NCBI GenBank assembly: GCA_016840085.1
Contig: JAEOTA010000085.1
Span: 32,001-96,000 of the forward strand
Source: Promethearchaeota archaeon
GTDB lineage: Archaea; Asgardarchaeota; Lokiarchaeia; Sigyniarchaeales; SOKP01
Reading direction: 5' to 3'
DNA length: 64,000 bases
Shown one piece after another: positions 21,113 to 31,232 of this stretch. Within the stretch, counting starts at the first letter, position 1. Each line of letters opens with the position of its first letter. The notes beneath the pieces were generated by a model. That model was not told the origin of the DNA. It saw only the letters and a list, made by a program, of their open reading frames with translations, and did not search any database. The translations under genes were made by a program, and so were the position numbers.

Positions 21113-22210
21113 ATGAGAAAGATTTCATATCAAAATTGTAAAGAATTGGCAAAGCTAAGAGGGCTTGAATTAGTAATTTCTGAAAAAGAGTTTAATAAAC
21201 TAATAAATAGAAAAAAATCAGCTCTAAGCAAAATTAAAATTAAATGGAAATGTGACAAGGGACATCAATGGACTGCAACATATAACAATATAAAACAACA
21301 TGAATCTGGTTGTCCTTATTGTTATGGTAATGTTGCAATATCCTATCAGGTCTGTAAGGATTTAGGAAAACTAAAGGGATTTGAGTTAATAACCTCTGTA
21401 AATGAATTTAATATATTAATGAAAAATAGAACCAATGTTCCTAGTAAAGTTAAATTAAGATGGAGTTGTTTTTTAGGACATAAATGGAATGCAGCATATA
21501 ACAATATAAAGCATACAGATACGGGATGTCCTTATTGTTATGGTAATCTACCATTATCATATCAAAATTGCATAGAATTAGCAAAACTGAGAGGATTTGA
21601 AATATTAATATCTGAAAAGGAGTTTATAGGTTTAATGAAACAGAGAACTACAGTTCCAAGTAAAGTAAAATTAAGATGGAAATGCGAAAAGTGTCATGAA
21701 TGGTGTGCGATATATAATGATATACAACAAGGTAAGGGATGCCCAGAATGTGCTGAAGGTAAATATGAGGAAAGCTGTCGTTGGTATTTTGAAAAAATTT
21801 TCAAAGAAAAATTTAATAAAATCAAACTATCCAAATTAATACCTTATTATAATGGTCAGATGCATTTAGATGGATTTGCTTTAGTAATGATTGCTGAAAA
21901 TCAAATTAAGTTAGCTTTTGAATTTAATGGTATACAACATGATGAATTCCCTAATTTCTTTCATAAAACATATCAAGACTTTTTAGAACAACAACGATAT
22001 GATAATGAAAAGAAAGAATTATGTGAAAATAATGGAATAATTCTTATTGTTTTTCCCCAGAAAATTGATTTAAAAATGAATCATCCTGAAATAATTCAAA
22101 AATTCATTATAGACGAATTAGAAAGAAAAACTGGTTTTAGATTATCAAACATTCAACAATATAATCATCTGGTTGAATGGGCTAGTTGGAGAAGTTTAGA
22201 TAATTTTTAG
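21113..22210 (+). CDS. Zinc-ribbon repeat protein with C-terminal PD-(D/E)XK/Vsr-like endonuclease
   Basis: Three ~72 aa repeats WxC..GH.W.A.YN.I....GCPxC. C-terminus LDGF...LAFEFNGIQH...KKELCENNGIILI. Confidence 0.75.
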   Translation: MRKISYQNCKELAKLRGLELVISEKEFNKLINRKKSALSKIKIKWKCDKGHQWTATYNNIKQHESGCPYCYGNVAISYQVCKDLGKLKGFELITSVNEFNILMKNRTNVPSKVKLRWSCFLGHKWNAAYNNIKHTDTGCPYCYGNLPLSYQNCIELAKLRGFEILISEKEFIGLMKQRTTVPSKVKLRWKCEKCHEWCAIYNDIQQGKGCPECAEGKYEESCRWYFEKIFKEKFNKIKLSKLIPYYNGQMHLDGFALVMIAENQIKLAFEFNGIQHDEFPNFFHKTYQDFLEQQRYDNEKKELCENNGIILIVFPQKIDLKMNHPEIIQKFIIDELERKTGFRLSNIQQYNHLVEWASWRSLDNF

Positions 22211-22302
22211 TAAATTTATTCTATCACATATTCTGTAATACTAACCAGTAATCTTTCTTTTAAGTAATAATAAAATTCGATAAACATTCTTAAAAATCAA
22301 AA

Positions 22303-23154
22303 TTAGGTAGGGAATTTTATTTTATCAACAACTATTTCAAAATCTTTCTCTTTCTTTATCAAAACGCCAAGAAATGGAATTCCTTTCTTTAATTCATCTA
22401 TTGTAATCCCGCTTTTTAGCAAAACTCCAATCCAATCAAGAAGTTCCGAAGTTGATGGCATTTTTCTTAATTTAGTAATCGCTCTTAAGGCATAAAAATG
22501 TTTTAAACATTGTTCTAATAAGTTCTGCTTTAGATTCGGATAGTGTAATCTGCAAATTTCTGCCATGAAGCTTTTAGAGGGAAATTCAATCCAGTGGAAT
22601 ACACATCTTCTTAAAAATGCATCTGGGAGTTCTTTTTCATTGTTAGATGTAATAATTACAATTGGTCTGTTTTTAGCTTTCACAAATTCTTTTGTTTCTT
22701 TTATATAAAATTCCATAACATCCAATTCCTGTAAAAGATCATTAGGAAATTCAATATCAGCCTTATCAATTTCATCAATTAATAAAACTACCTGTTCATC
22801 AGAAACAAAAGATTCGCCTAATGGGCCCAGCATTATATAATCGTGAATATTATCTACATCTCGATCATCACAGCCAAATCTACTATCATTTAATCTTTGA
22901 ACTGTGTCATACATATAGCACCCATCAATACCCTCACTCGTGCTTTTAATATTCCAGATAATTAATTTTTTACCTAAACTTTCAGCTATTGCATGCGCGA
23001 GCATTGTTTTCCCTGTTCCTGGCTCTCCTTTAACTAATAAGGGTCTTGCTAATGCTATTGATACGTTAACTATGTTCCTTAGTTGAGGATCAGCAAGATA
23101 TTTAACCCTATCAGTTTTTACGTCTCCTTGGAATTTATTAAATGTAGCATCCAT
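22303..23154 (-). CDS. MoxR-family AAA+ ATPase (CoxD-like)
   Basis: GEPGTGKT, LIDEIDKAD, TSNNEKELPDAFLRRC. Confidence 0.92.
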   Translation of the reverse strand: MDATFNKFQGDVKTDRVKYLADPQLRNIVNVSIALARPLLVKGEPGTGKTMLAHAIAESLGKKLIIWNIKSTSEGIDGCYMYDTVQRLNDSRFGCDDRDVDNIHDYIMLGPLGESFVSDEQVVLLIDEIDKADIEFPNDLLQELDVMEFYIKETKEFVKAKNRPIVIITSNNEKELPDAFLRRCVFHWIEFPSKSFMAEICRLHYPNLKQNLLEQCLKHFYALRAITKLRKMPSTSELLDWIGVLLKSGITIDELKKGIPFLGVLIKKEKDFEIVVDKIKFPT

Positions 23155-23330
23155 AGTTACTCAAAATTAATGTAAAATTATATAATTTTTGAATATATTT
23201 CAATAGTTTTTTGTTTACAATTTATAAAAAATTCAAAAAAATTTTAAATAGTTAAGAATAGTACAAGAAATTACTCAATTTTAATATAGAGAATAGTAAG
23301 AGTCAATTTAAAATAACAAAATGATTAATC

Positions 23331-23735
23331 ATGTCAAAAGAAGAAGAGGTTCTAGAAGAATTAAAAAAAATTCGTGAGTTGCTTTCTCCACCTCCGCCAC
23401 CACCAAAACCTAAAAATTTATTTGAGGAATTCAAGCAATTTTTAGAGAAATATAAAGTTGTAGGGATTGCTGTTGCTTTTATTATGGCAATTTATCTTGG
23501 CGCATTAATTCAGTCTCTTGTCAACAATCTAGTAATGCCAATAATAGAGCTTTTCTTACCTGGTGTTGATTGGGAGTCAGTAAAAGCAGGTCCTTTTAGA
23601 GTTGGAGCATTTATAGGAGATCTGATAACATTCGTTATTGTTGCTTTCGTAATTTTTATGTTAGTTAAACTAACTACTCAATTTGGAGAATACAGTAAAA
23701 AAATACAAGAAAAAGTAGGTCAAGTAATAGATTAA
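23331..23735 (+). CDS. mscL: MscL-family large-conductance mechanosensitive channel
   Basis: EFKQFL..YKVVGIAVAFIM..., LVNNLVMP, GAFI..LITFVIVAFVIF. Confidence 0.85.
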   Translation: MSKEEEVLEELKKIRELLSPPPPPPKPKNLFEEFKQFLEKYKVVGIAVAFIMAIYLGALIQSLVNNLVMPIIELFLPGVDWESVKAGPFRVGAFIGDLITFVIVAFVIFMLVKLTTQFGEYSKKIQEKVGQVID

Positions 23736-23781
23736 ATTTTTTTTTTATTTTTTATAAATTAGCTTAAAAAGTGATAATTTT

Positions 23782-24957
23782 TTAGTCTCTTTGACTTAAC
23801 ACTGTAACAGAACAAACACTAAACGCACCACCAAGATTGTGGGCTAATCCCGTTTTAGCGTCCGGAACTTGTCTTCCTTCTGCTCGTCCTTGAAGCTGTC
23901 TAGTAATCTCTTGGAGCATTCTACAACCAGTTGATCCTATAGGATGTCCAAATGATTTTAAACCACCTGATGGATTTACTGCTGTTTCCCCATCCCAATT
24001 AAACGTACCATTCTTTAATTCTTCGGCAGCCATTCCACGATCACAGAATTGTAAATCCTGACAATTTAATAATTCTGTAATGGTAAAACAATCATGAACC
24101 TCAGCAGCATCAATTTCTTTTCGTGGATCAGTTATATCTGCTTCTTTATACGCCATCTCAGCTGCTTTAACAGTGGCAGGGGCATGAGTAAAATCAAAAT
24201 TAGGCCAATACCATGGAATGCTTGTATACACGGCAATTGAGTTTGCTTTTACAACTACATAATCGTCTGCATGAGCATAACTTTCTGCAAGTTCTGGGCT
24301 TGTTAAAATAAGTGCTGCTGCACCATCACTCATTGCACAACAATCATAGCGACCAAGGGGATCTGCAATCATTGGAGCATTCAATGCTTGTTCAATTGAA
24401 ATTTTCATTCTGAAATGAGCTTTTGGATGATAATATCCATTATCATGATTCTTAACAGCAACTCGCGCTAAATCTTCTTTTGTCCATCCATATTCCTGAA
24501 AACTACGGGTAGCAAGTAAACAAAACATTGCAGGAGCTGATGGGCGGGGATATACAGGATGACCAAAATATTTTGCGCTAGGAAGTCCTCTACCACCTTC
24601 ATCCATTAGTTTTTCTACACCACAGGCCATAACAACATCATACGCACCGGAAGCAACACCAAAACAAGCATTGCGGAAGGCATCCATACCTGAAGCACAA
24701 TAATTCTCACATCTAGTAATTGGTTTTCCACCTAATCTTAATGTATCTTCTAAAGTGGCGCCAGAAACACCTGTGAAGAAATAATAAACACCTAACCATG
24801 CTGCATCAATTTCATCTTTACTTACCCCTGCATCTTTGAAAGCACCATGGCATGCCTCACTTAAAAGGTCATACTGATTTTTATCCCAGAGTTCCCCATA
24901 TTTCGTCGCGTCACATCCTATTATCGCAACCTGATCTTTTATTCCATGTTTAACCAT
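23782..24957 (-). CDS. Acetyl-CoA C-acyltransferase (archaeal/SCP2-type thiolase), copy 2
   Basis: ENYCASG, EVHDCF, NPSGGLKSFGHPIG motifs. Start placed at MVKHG by alignment with copy 1. Confidence 0.92.
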   Translation of the reverse strand: MVKHGIKDQVAIIGCDATKYGELWDKNQYDLLSEACHGAFKDAGVSKDEIDAAWLGVYYFFTGVSGATLEDTLRLGGKPITRCENYCASGMDAFRNACFGVASGAYDVVMACGVEKLMDEGGRGLPSAKYFGHPVYPRPSAPAMFCLLATRSFQEYGWTKEDLARVAVKNHDNGYYHPKAHFRMKISIEQALNAPMIADPLGRYDCCAMSDGAAALILTSPELAESYAHADDYVVVKANSIAVYTSIPWYWPNFDFTHAPATVKAAEMAYKEADITDPRKEIDAAEVHDCFTITELLNCQDLQFCDRGMAAEELKNGTFNWDGETAVNPSGGLKSFGHPIGSTGCRMLQEITRQLQGRAEGRQVPDAKTGLAHNLGGAFSVCSVTVLSQRD

Positions 24958-25112
24958 AATACACAATCCAATAGTAATTTCTACTAAAATAATTAAGTTT
25001 TCTATTAAAAATTAATTGATTATATTAGTAAGAGTTTTTTAAATTTCCTAATATTTACACACAGTCTTAAAAAAAAGAAAAAGAAAAAAATAAGGATTTT
25101 TGTTATAAAATC

Positions 25113-26300
25113 TTAATCTCTTTGACCTAAAATAGTTACAGAGCACACACTATATGCTCCACCGAGATTGTGGCATAAACCTAATTTAGCGTCTGGAACT
25201 TGTCTTCCTTCTGCACGTCCTTGAAGTTGTTTAGTAATTTCTGTTAACATTCGACAACCTGTAGATCCTATTGGATGACCAAATGATTTCAGACCACCTG
25301 ATGGATTTGTTGCTGTTTCACTATCCCAATTGAAGGTTCCATTCTTTAATTCCTCGGCAGCCATTCCACGATCACAGAATTTCAAATCCTGACAATTAAT
25401 TAATTCTGTAATTGTAAAACAGTCATGAATCTCAGCACAATCAATTTCTTTTCGTGGATCAGTTATATCTGCTTCTTTATACGCCATCTCAGCTGCTTTA
25501 ACAGTAGCAGGAAAGCTTGTAAAGTCAGCTCCAGGCCCATTAGAAGGCACATACCATGGGGTATTAGTTCTGCATGAAAGAGCATTTGCTTTTACTAATA
25601 TATAATCATCAGCATGAGCATAACTCTCTGCAAGTTCTGGTGTAGTCAATATTAGAGCTGCAGCGCCATCTGACATGGCACAGCAATCAAATCGTCCAAG
25701 AGGATCAGCAATCATAGGTGCATTCATTGCTTGTTCAATTGATATTTTTCTTCTAAAGTGAGCTTTTGGATGATAAGAACCGTTATCATGATTTTTCACT
25801 GCAACTCGAGCCAGATCTTCTTTTGTCCACCCAAATTCATGAAAACTGCGGGTAGCAGCCATAGAGAACATTGCAGGAGCGGATGGGAGAGGTAATACAG
25901 GATGTCCGAAAATTTTGAATCCTGGAAGTCCACTTGACCCTTCATCCATTAGTTTTTCTACACCACAGGCCATAACAACATCATACACACCCGAAGCAAT
26001 AGCAAAACAAGCATTTCGAAAGGCATCCATTCCTGAAGCACAATAATTTTCTGTTCTCGTAATTGGTATTCCATCTAATCTTAACATATCCTCAATTGTA
26101 GCACCAGACATTCCTGTGAAATAATAATATATCCCCGCCCATGCTGCTTCAATCTCATCTTTTTTAATGCCAGCATCTTTGTAAGCATCTCGAGCTGCTT
26201 CAAAAAGTAAATCATACTGACTTTTATCCCAGAGTTCTCCATATTTTGTCATATCACAACCAATTATAGCAACTCTATCTCTTATCCCTTTAGTTACCAT
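25113..26300 (-). CDS. Acetyl-CoA C-acyltransferase (thiolase), copy 1
   Basis: Same motifs; tandem paralogue of 23782-24957. Confidence 0.92.
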   Translation of the reverse strand: MVTKGIRDRVAIIGCDMTKYGELWDKSQYDLLFEAARDAYKDAGIKKDEIEAAWAGIYYYFTGMSGATIEDMLRLDGIPITRTENYCASGMDAFRNACFAIASGVYDVVMACGVEKLMDEGSSGLPGFKIFGHPVLPLPSAPAMFSMAATRSFHEFGWTKEDLARVAVKNHDNGSYHPKAHFRRKISIEQAMNAPMIADPLGRFDCCAMSDGAAALILTTPELAESYAHADDYILVKANALSCRTNTPWYVPSNGPGADFTSFPATVKAAEMAYKEADITDPRKEIDCAEIHDCFTITELINCQDLKFCDRGMAAEELKNGTFNWDSETATNPSGGLKSFGHPIGSTGCRMLTEITKQLQGRAEGRQVPDAKLGLCHNLGGAYSVCSVTILGQRD

Positions 26301-26316
26301 TTTTTATCTACCTCCT

Positions 26317-27756
26317 TTACGGTCTCCCTCTTTCAGGGCGACATTTCCAATAATAATTTAAAAATTCAGCTCCTTCATGTTCTTTTCTAAACGTCAATTC
26401 AACTCTCATACCTATATGAACTTTTTCCTCAGGTTTGTCTATTTCTGTCATATTTAATAGAACTCTTCCACCACCATCTAAATCAATCACACATCGAGGT
26501 ACAGGTGTGGCAAAATAATTACCACCCACGAGATGATCTAAGGTAAATGTAAAGATGGTTCCTTTTAACTCGAGTTTTACCGGTTCTAACTGATCATCTG
26601 CTCTACACACATAACAAGAACGTAAAAAGTCTGGATATTGAATTGTTCCGCAATTTTTACATTTAACTCCATACCACTTATATACTGATGCTGCATCACG
26701 CCATAGCGTTACAGCAGAGCTTTTTCTTTTATATCTATCTTTTTCAAGAACCTCCTTAAAATCAATAAATTTACTGTAATCTTTTAAGGTTGCCATAGAT
26801 TTTTGATGTCCGACGACACCCATTCGAGTTTTTCCAAGATCTCTTAGAGCATTTCTGTCTCGAACTTGCATTAAAATTGCGTCTGCTCCATCTCCAAATC
26901 CTGCCATAATTATCTTTGCATCAGGTTTAGGTCTTCTTAAAGCGGAAATTAAAAGTATAAATGGCATTGGAGTTCCTAAATCACCAACTTGAAAAAATAC
27001 ACTGTTTTGAGCAACCCCTTGTGAAAATTTCATCATCTTAGCTACTCTACCGTGCATTCTAGGATTATTATAATAATAAGCAGCAGCACCAATATCCTCA
27101 GGTTTTAAATTATTTCTTTTTAAAATTTCTGACATTGTTTTAGTTATATTCTCAAGATAAAACCTAGCATCCATCTTTGCTTCAAATGTCCTTATAAATT
27201 TATCTTTATCAGCTCTTTTCCATGGTCCAGTAACATTAGCAGCAACTGAATAATAATCATCAATTGATAAAGCTAGATTATCATCTTCTGATATAAGTAA
27301 AGCAGCTGCCCCATCAGCAAATCCATATTCCCACATCGTTGATGGTTCTGGCACACGTGTATCTGCAGCAATTACAAGAATGTTTCTAATATCTTTATTT
27401 GCTTTAATAGTATCAACAGCTCGAGCAACTGCACTTGTTCCTGCTTTCAAAGAATCTGTAAAATCAGCAGTAATTATATCCTCTCTCATATCTAATATAG
27501 TGGCGAGTAAGGATGCTGAATCCTTTTCTGTATAGACTTGAGTTGTTGATGCAAAATATAATCCATCAATTGTTTTTGGATCAATTCCCATTAGGCAATC
27601 TAAACCGGCTTCAACTGACATAGTAATACTATCTTCATCTGCCATCGCAACAGCTTTAGTACCAGGAACGACAGGGAAATCCCATGCTTTCCCGATTAAC
27701 TCTCTTGGTAATAGATATTTTGGCAAATAAGCTCCATATGATTTAATTCCAATCAA
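26317..27756 (-). CDS. HMG-CoA synthase-like domain fused to DUF35 (Zn-ribbon/OB-fold)
   Basis: IGIKSYGAYLP, DEDSITM, GFGDGADA, then CKNCG...CYVC and GMRVELTFRK. TTG start at 27756 follows AGGAG. Confidence 0.85.
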   Translation of the reverse strand: MIGIKSYGAYLPKYLLPRELIGKAWDFPVVPGTKAVAMADEDSITMSVEAGLDCLMGIDPKTIDGLYFASTTQVYTEKDSASLLATILDMREDIITADFTDSLKAGTSAVARAVDTIKANKDIRNILVIAADTRVPEPSTMWEYGFADGAAALLISEDDNLALSIDDYYSVAANVTGPWKRADKDKFIRTFEAKMDARFYLENITKTMSEILKRNNLKPEDIGAAAYYYNNPRMHGRVAKMMKFSQGVAQNSVFFQVGDLGTPMPFILLISALRRPKPDAKIIMAGFGDGADAILMQVRDRNALRDLGKTRMGVVGHQKSMATLKDYSKFIDFKEVLEKDRYKRKSSAVTLWRDAASVYKWYGVKCKNCGTIQYPDFLRSCYVCRADDQLEPVKLELKGTIFTFTLDHLVGGNYFATPVPRCVIDLDGGGRVLLNMTEIDKPEEKVHIGMRVELTFRKEHEGAEFLNYYWKCRPERGRP

Positions 27757-28089
27757 TTTTAATTTTCTCCTTTTTTTGATTTTAGTATTTTGTTTTAAAT
27801 TTATTATATATATGAATTTGAATGTAATAAGATAAAAATATTTCTGCAAATTAGAATGAAAAAGTAACACAAAAAAAATATTTTTTGCAGAGTTGTATCC
27901 TTTATTGCTTTTATTTTTTTAAGGATTTAATTTAATCCTTACAAGTAAATACTTAAATCTATCAATTCTACGAATTTATAAGAGACTCCTTTATAATGGG
28001 AATAATATGGGAGGATATCTACGAAATCTTTTTCAAATCATTATTCTTAATTCACCTATAATTAGAATTTATATAAACAGATGGTTTAA

Positions 28090-29487
28090 ATGAATGGACC
28101 CCCCGAACCTTTTAAAATTAAGATGATTGAACATGTTGGAATGCCAGATCAAATAAGAAGAAGTGAAGCAATTAGAGAAGCTGGTTATAATACATTTCTA
28201 TTAAGATCCGAGGATGTTTACATTGATCTCCTAACCGATTCTGGTACATCCGCCATGTCAGATTATCAATGGAGTGGTCTTCTTTTAGGTGATGAAGCCT
28301 ATGCTGGAGCCCGAAATTTTTATAATCTCGAAAAAGCAATACAGGATGTACTTGGTTATAAATATATCGTTCCAACTCACCAGGGTCGTGGTGCTGAGCA
28401 TCTTATGTATAGTTACCTCGTAAAATCAGGTCAGCTTGTTCCAAGAAATATGTATTTTACTACTTCAAAACTCCATGTTGAGCTTCCTGGTGGAAAAATG
28501 GTTGATGTCATCATTGATGAGGCACATGATCCAGAAAATTTACATCTATTTAAGGGTAATATAGATTTCAAAAAATTACAAGCATTTATTGATGAATATG
28601 GAGTAGAAAAAATCGCTTTTGTGAATGTTGAAATGGACGTGAATATGGCAGGAGGGCAACCTGTATCTATGCAAAATCTTCGTGATTTACGAGAATTTTG
28701 CAACGATTATAATTTGAAAATAATATATGATGCTACAAGATCGAGTGAAAATGCATATTTTATTCGAGAACGTGAAAGAGGTTATGAAAATACACCAATT
28801 ATAGATATTTTGAGAGAAATGATGAGTTATTCTGATGGATGTATTTATAGTTCAAAAAAGGACTGTCTAGTAAATATTGGTGGTTTTCTTGCCACAAGTG
28901 ATAAGGATATTTTTGAACATTGCCGTAATATGGTTGTTGTTTATGAGGGATTGCATACTTATGGAGGTATGGCGGGTCGAGATATGGAAGCTGTAGCAAG
29001 AGGATTAAAAGAAAGCACATCATATGAATATTTAAAGTATAGGATAAATCAAGTTCGCTATCTGGGCGATTTATTGATGAAAGCAGGAGTTCCTATCGTA
29101 AAACCTACAGGTGGGCACGGTGTATTTATAAATGCATTAAAATTTTTACCCCATCTTGAAAGAAAACAATGGCCCGCCCAAACCCTTGCTGCAGCCATTT
29201 ATGAAGACTCGGGCGTCAGAAGTATGGAACGAGGTGCAGTATCAAAAGGACGAGATAAAGAAACAGGGGAAAACATCTTTCCAGCATTAGAGCTCGTGAG
29301 ACTCACAATTCCTCGAAGAGTTTACACAAACACACATATGGAGTATACAGCGGAGTCAGTAATTCGCCTATATGAAAAGCGAGACTCTATCAGAGGTTTA
29401 AAGATGGTATATGAACCAGAATATCTCCGTTTTTTTCAATCTCGTTTTGAAGTCCTAGAGTCATCAAAGTCATACTTAGAGACATAA
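28090..29487 (+). CDS. tpl: Tyrosine phenol-lyase (beta-eliminating lyase)
   Basis: DLLTDSG, THQGRGAE, KKDCLVNIGG. Has TPL-type NMYFTT, GVRSMERG and LRFF rather than tryptophanase-type residues. Confidence 0.85.
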   Translation: MNGPPEPFKIKMIEHVGMPDQIRRSEAIREAGYNTFLLRSEDVYIDLLTDSGTSAMSDYQWSGLLLGDEAYAGARNFYNLEKAIQDVLGYKYIVPTHQGRGAEHLMYSYLVKSGQLVPRNMYFTTSKLHVELPGGKMVDVIIDEAHDPENLHLFKGNIDFKKLQAFIDEYGVEKIAFVNVEMDVNMAGGQPVSMQNLRDLREFCNDYNLKIIYDATRSSENAYFIRERERGYENTPIIDILREMMSYSDGCIYSSKKDCLVNIGGFLATSDKDIFEHCRNMVVVYEGLHTYGGMAGRDMEAVARGLKESTSYEYLKYRINQVRYLGDLLMKAGVPIVKPTGGHGVFINALKFLPHLERKQWPAQTLAAAIYEDSGVRSMERGAVSKGRDKETGENIFPALELVRLTIPRRVYTNTHMEYTAESVIRLYEKRDSIRGLKMVYEPEYLRFFQSRFEVLESSKSYLET

Positions 29488-29823
29488 CAATTGCGACTAT
29501 CAAACACAAATTTAGTAATTTTCTATATTTTTTCATACATTTACTCACTTTTGATTTCTTTAATTTTCGATTATTTTCAAAATGTTTATGATTAAAAAAA
29601 AAAAAATCACCTCTAATATTTAACATTTTTCTTAAGAGGGAAAATTAGATGCAGGAAATTAAGAAAATAAGCAAGAAAATGACTAAGATTTTATAATTTT
29701 AAGCTCTTTTAATTTATTGTTTATTGGAAATTTGTCGGGGTCCTGACTATTAATTTTCCGTGCAATTATCAGTGTAGTGAGAAGTCAAAAAGATACAGGG
29801 ATATACAACGTGGCTTTGGAATT

Positions 29824-30729
29824 GTGTTAGAGGGTATTGGAGAGAGACATAGTAATTATAACCAAATCTTATATAATGAATTATATTATGGGGATGTGGG
29901 GATTTATTTAGATAATTCAAATTATAATACCATTAAATATAATACTTTTTTTAAAAATCGAGTATTTATACAAGAAGAAAATAATTGTATAGGAAATATT
30001 ATTGAAGACAATTATTACGTAAAAAGAGCTTATTTTAATTGGTCTATTATAATTATAGCAGTAATAGTCTTAATAATCATATCTGTGTGTATTTTTTTAT
30101 ATTATAAATTAAAGAAGAAGAAAGCCTCTATGAAATCAGAAACTGAAGATGAAATAGCGGAGTCAGTCACTATCCAAAGTGAAACATTGATTTCTGAAGA
30201 AGAGCAGACTCCAAAGATATTTCCACATGAAATTGAACAAAAAGAGTCTCAAACTTCTATGGTTGAATCCATCTCTGTTGAAGATGATGTACCACCCCTT
30301 ATAGAGCAACTTCCTGAAATCAGTCCTGTAGATAAATTTAACATTTTTTTAAGCTATTCTACTTTAGATTCGCAGTATTTCCAAATAGAAAAGATTGTGG
30401 AGCTTCTGGAGCAATATCCCGAAATTGGTAAGATATATTATTGGGAAGCGGACAGTAAAGAAAATATCGTTGAATTTATGAATGAGACCTTAAAAAAAAT
30501 TAATGTATTTATTCTCCTCTGCAGTGAGAATTCACTCAAATCTAAAGCTGTGAATGACGAATGGCAAGCAGCGTTTCAGATGCGAAAAGAAGGATTATTA
30601 AAAATTATCCCTGTATATGAACAACAAGACCATATACCAAATATCTTATGGCATTTACTTAATGTAAAGTATACCAAAGACGACTTTAAAGGCTTTCTTG
30701 AGAACTTGCATCGTGAAATTTTGAGATAA
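29824..30729 (+). CDS. TIR-domain membrane protein (beta-helix remnant, TM, acidic linker, TIR); probably 5'-truncated
   Basis: NosD/PbH1-like GIYLDNSNYNTIKYNTF, a TM helix, then TIR-like IFLSYS...ILLCSENSLKSKAVNDEW...IIPV. Confidence 0.75.
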   Translation: MLEGIGERHSNYNQILYNELYYGDVGIYLDNSNYNTIKYNTFFKNRVFIQEENNCIGNIIEDNYYVKRAYFNWSIIIIAVIVLIIISVCIFLYYKLKKKKASMKSETEDEIAESVTIQSETLISEEEQTPKIFPHEIEQKESQTSMVESISVEDDVPPLIEQLPEISPVDKFNIFLSYSTLDSQYFQIEKIVELLEQYPEIGKIYYWEADSKENIVEFMNETLKKINVFILLCSENSLKSKAVNDEWQAAFQMRKEGLLKIIPVYEQQDHIPNILWHLLNVKYTKDDFKGFLENLHREILR

Positions 30730-30911
30730 TAGAGAGAAATATAAATAACAGATTCAACATACTCTTTCTATTTTTTTTTTAAATATGTACCTATTACTTT
30801 AGAGTAATAGAAAGAGCAGTAGTGAGAGCGAAGACAAATAGACGAAAATGTGTCTTACCTTATGATATTTGAAATATATGAAAAAAAGAAAATAAAGACA
30901 TAAGAATAATT

Positions 30912-31232
30912 ATGGGAGTAATTGATAATTATCTTAAATCAAAAGAAAAGAAGAAATACTATTGCTTAAGCTGTTTCCTGTATACCAAGAAAAGATATGT
31001 TCTCCATGTTCTTGAAGATGAGACAGGAAAGGTATATAAATGTCCAAATTGTCCACCATTAGAGCTCGTTAGACTCACAATTCCTCGAAGGGTCTATACT
31101 AACACACATTTGGAATATACGGCGGAATCAGTGATTCGCCTATATGAAAAACGGGACACTATTAGAGGGTTAAAAATGGTATATGAGCCCCAATATCTAC
31201 GGTTTTTTCAGGCGCGATTTGAAAAATTATAA
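30912..31232 (+). CDS. Chimeric ORF: CxxC..CxxC zinc finger fused in frame to a copy of the TPL C-terminus
   Basis: CLSC and CPNC, followed by LELVRLTIPRRVYTNTH...LRFFQARFEKL. Confidence 0.65.
   Translation: MGVIDNYLKSKEKKKYYCLSCFLYTKKRYVLHVLEDETGKVYKCPNCPPLELVRLTIPRRVYTNTHLEYTAESVIRLYEKRDTIRGLKMVYEPQYLRFFQARFEKL
31052..31223 (+). repeat. Diverged direct copy of the tpl 3' end (29280-29451)
   Basis: Ungapped alignment at offset 1772; differences are mostly synonymous. Confidence 0.95.

Noticed and set aside
27757-27870. N-terminal extensions given by the track for 26317-27870 (and likewise 56441-57619)
   Set aside because: Low-complexity or overlapping sequence; family homology starts at downstream TTG/ATG codons.
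28090-29487. Tryptophanase call
   Set aside because: Diagnostic segments (SMERG, LRFF, YFTT) match tyrosine phenol-lyase.
28090-31232. Diversity-generating retroelement (TR/VR pair) as explanation for the 3'-end copies
   Set aside because: Mismatches are not adenine-specific, are mostly synonymous third positions, and no reverse transcriptase is present.
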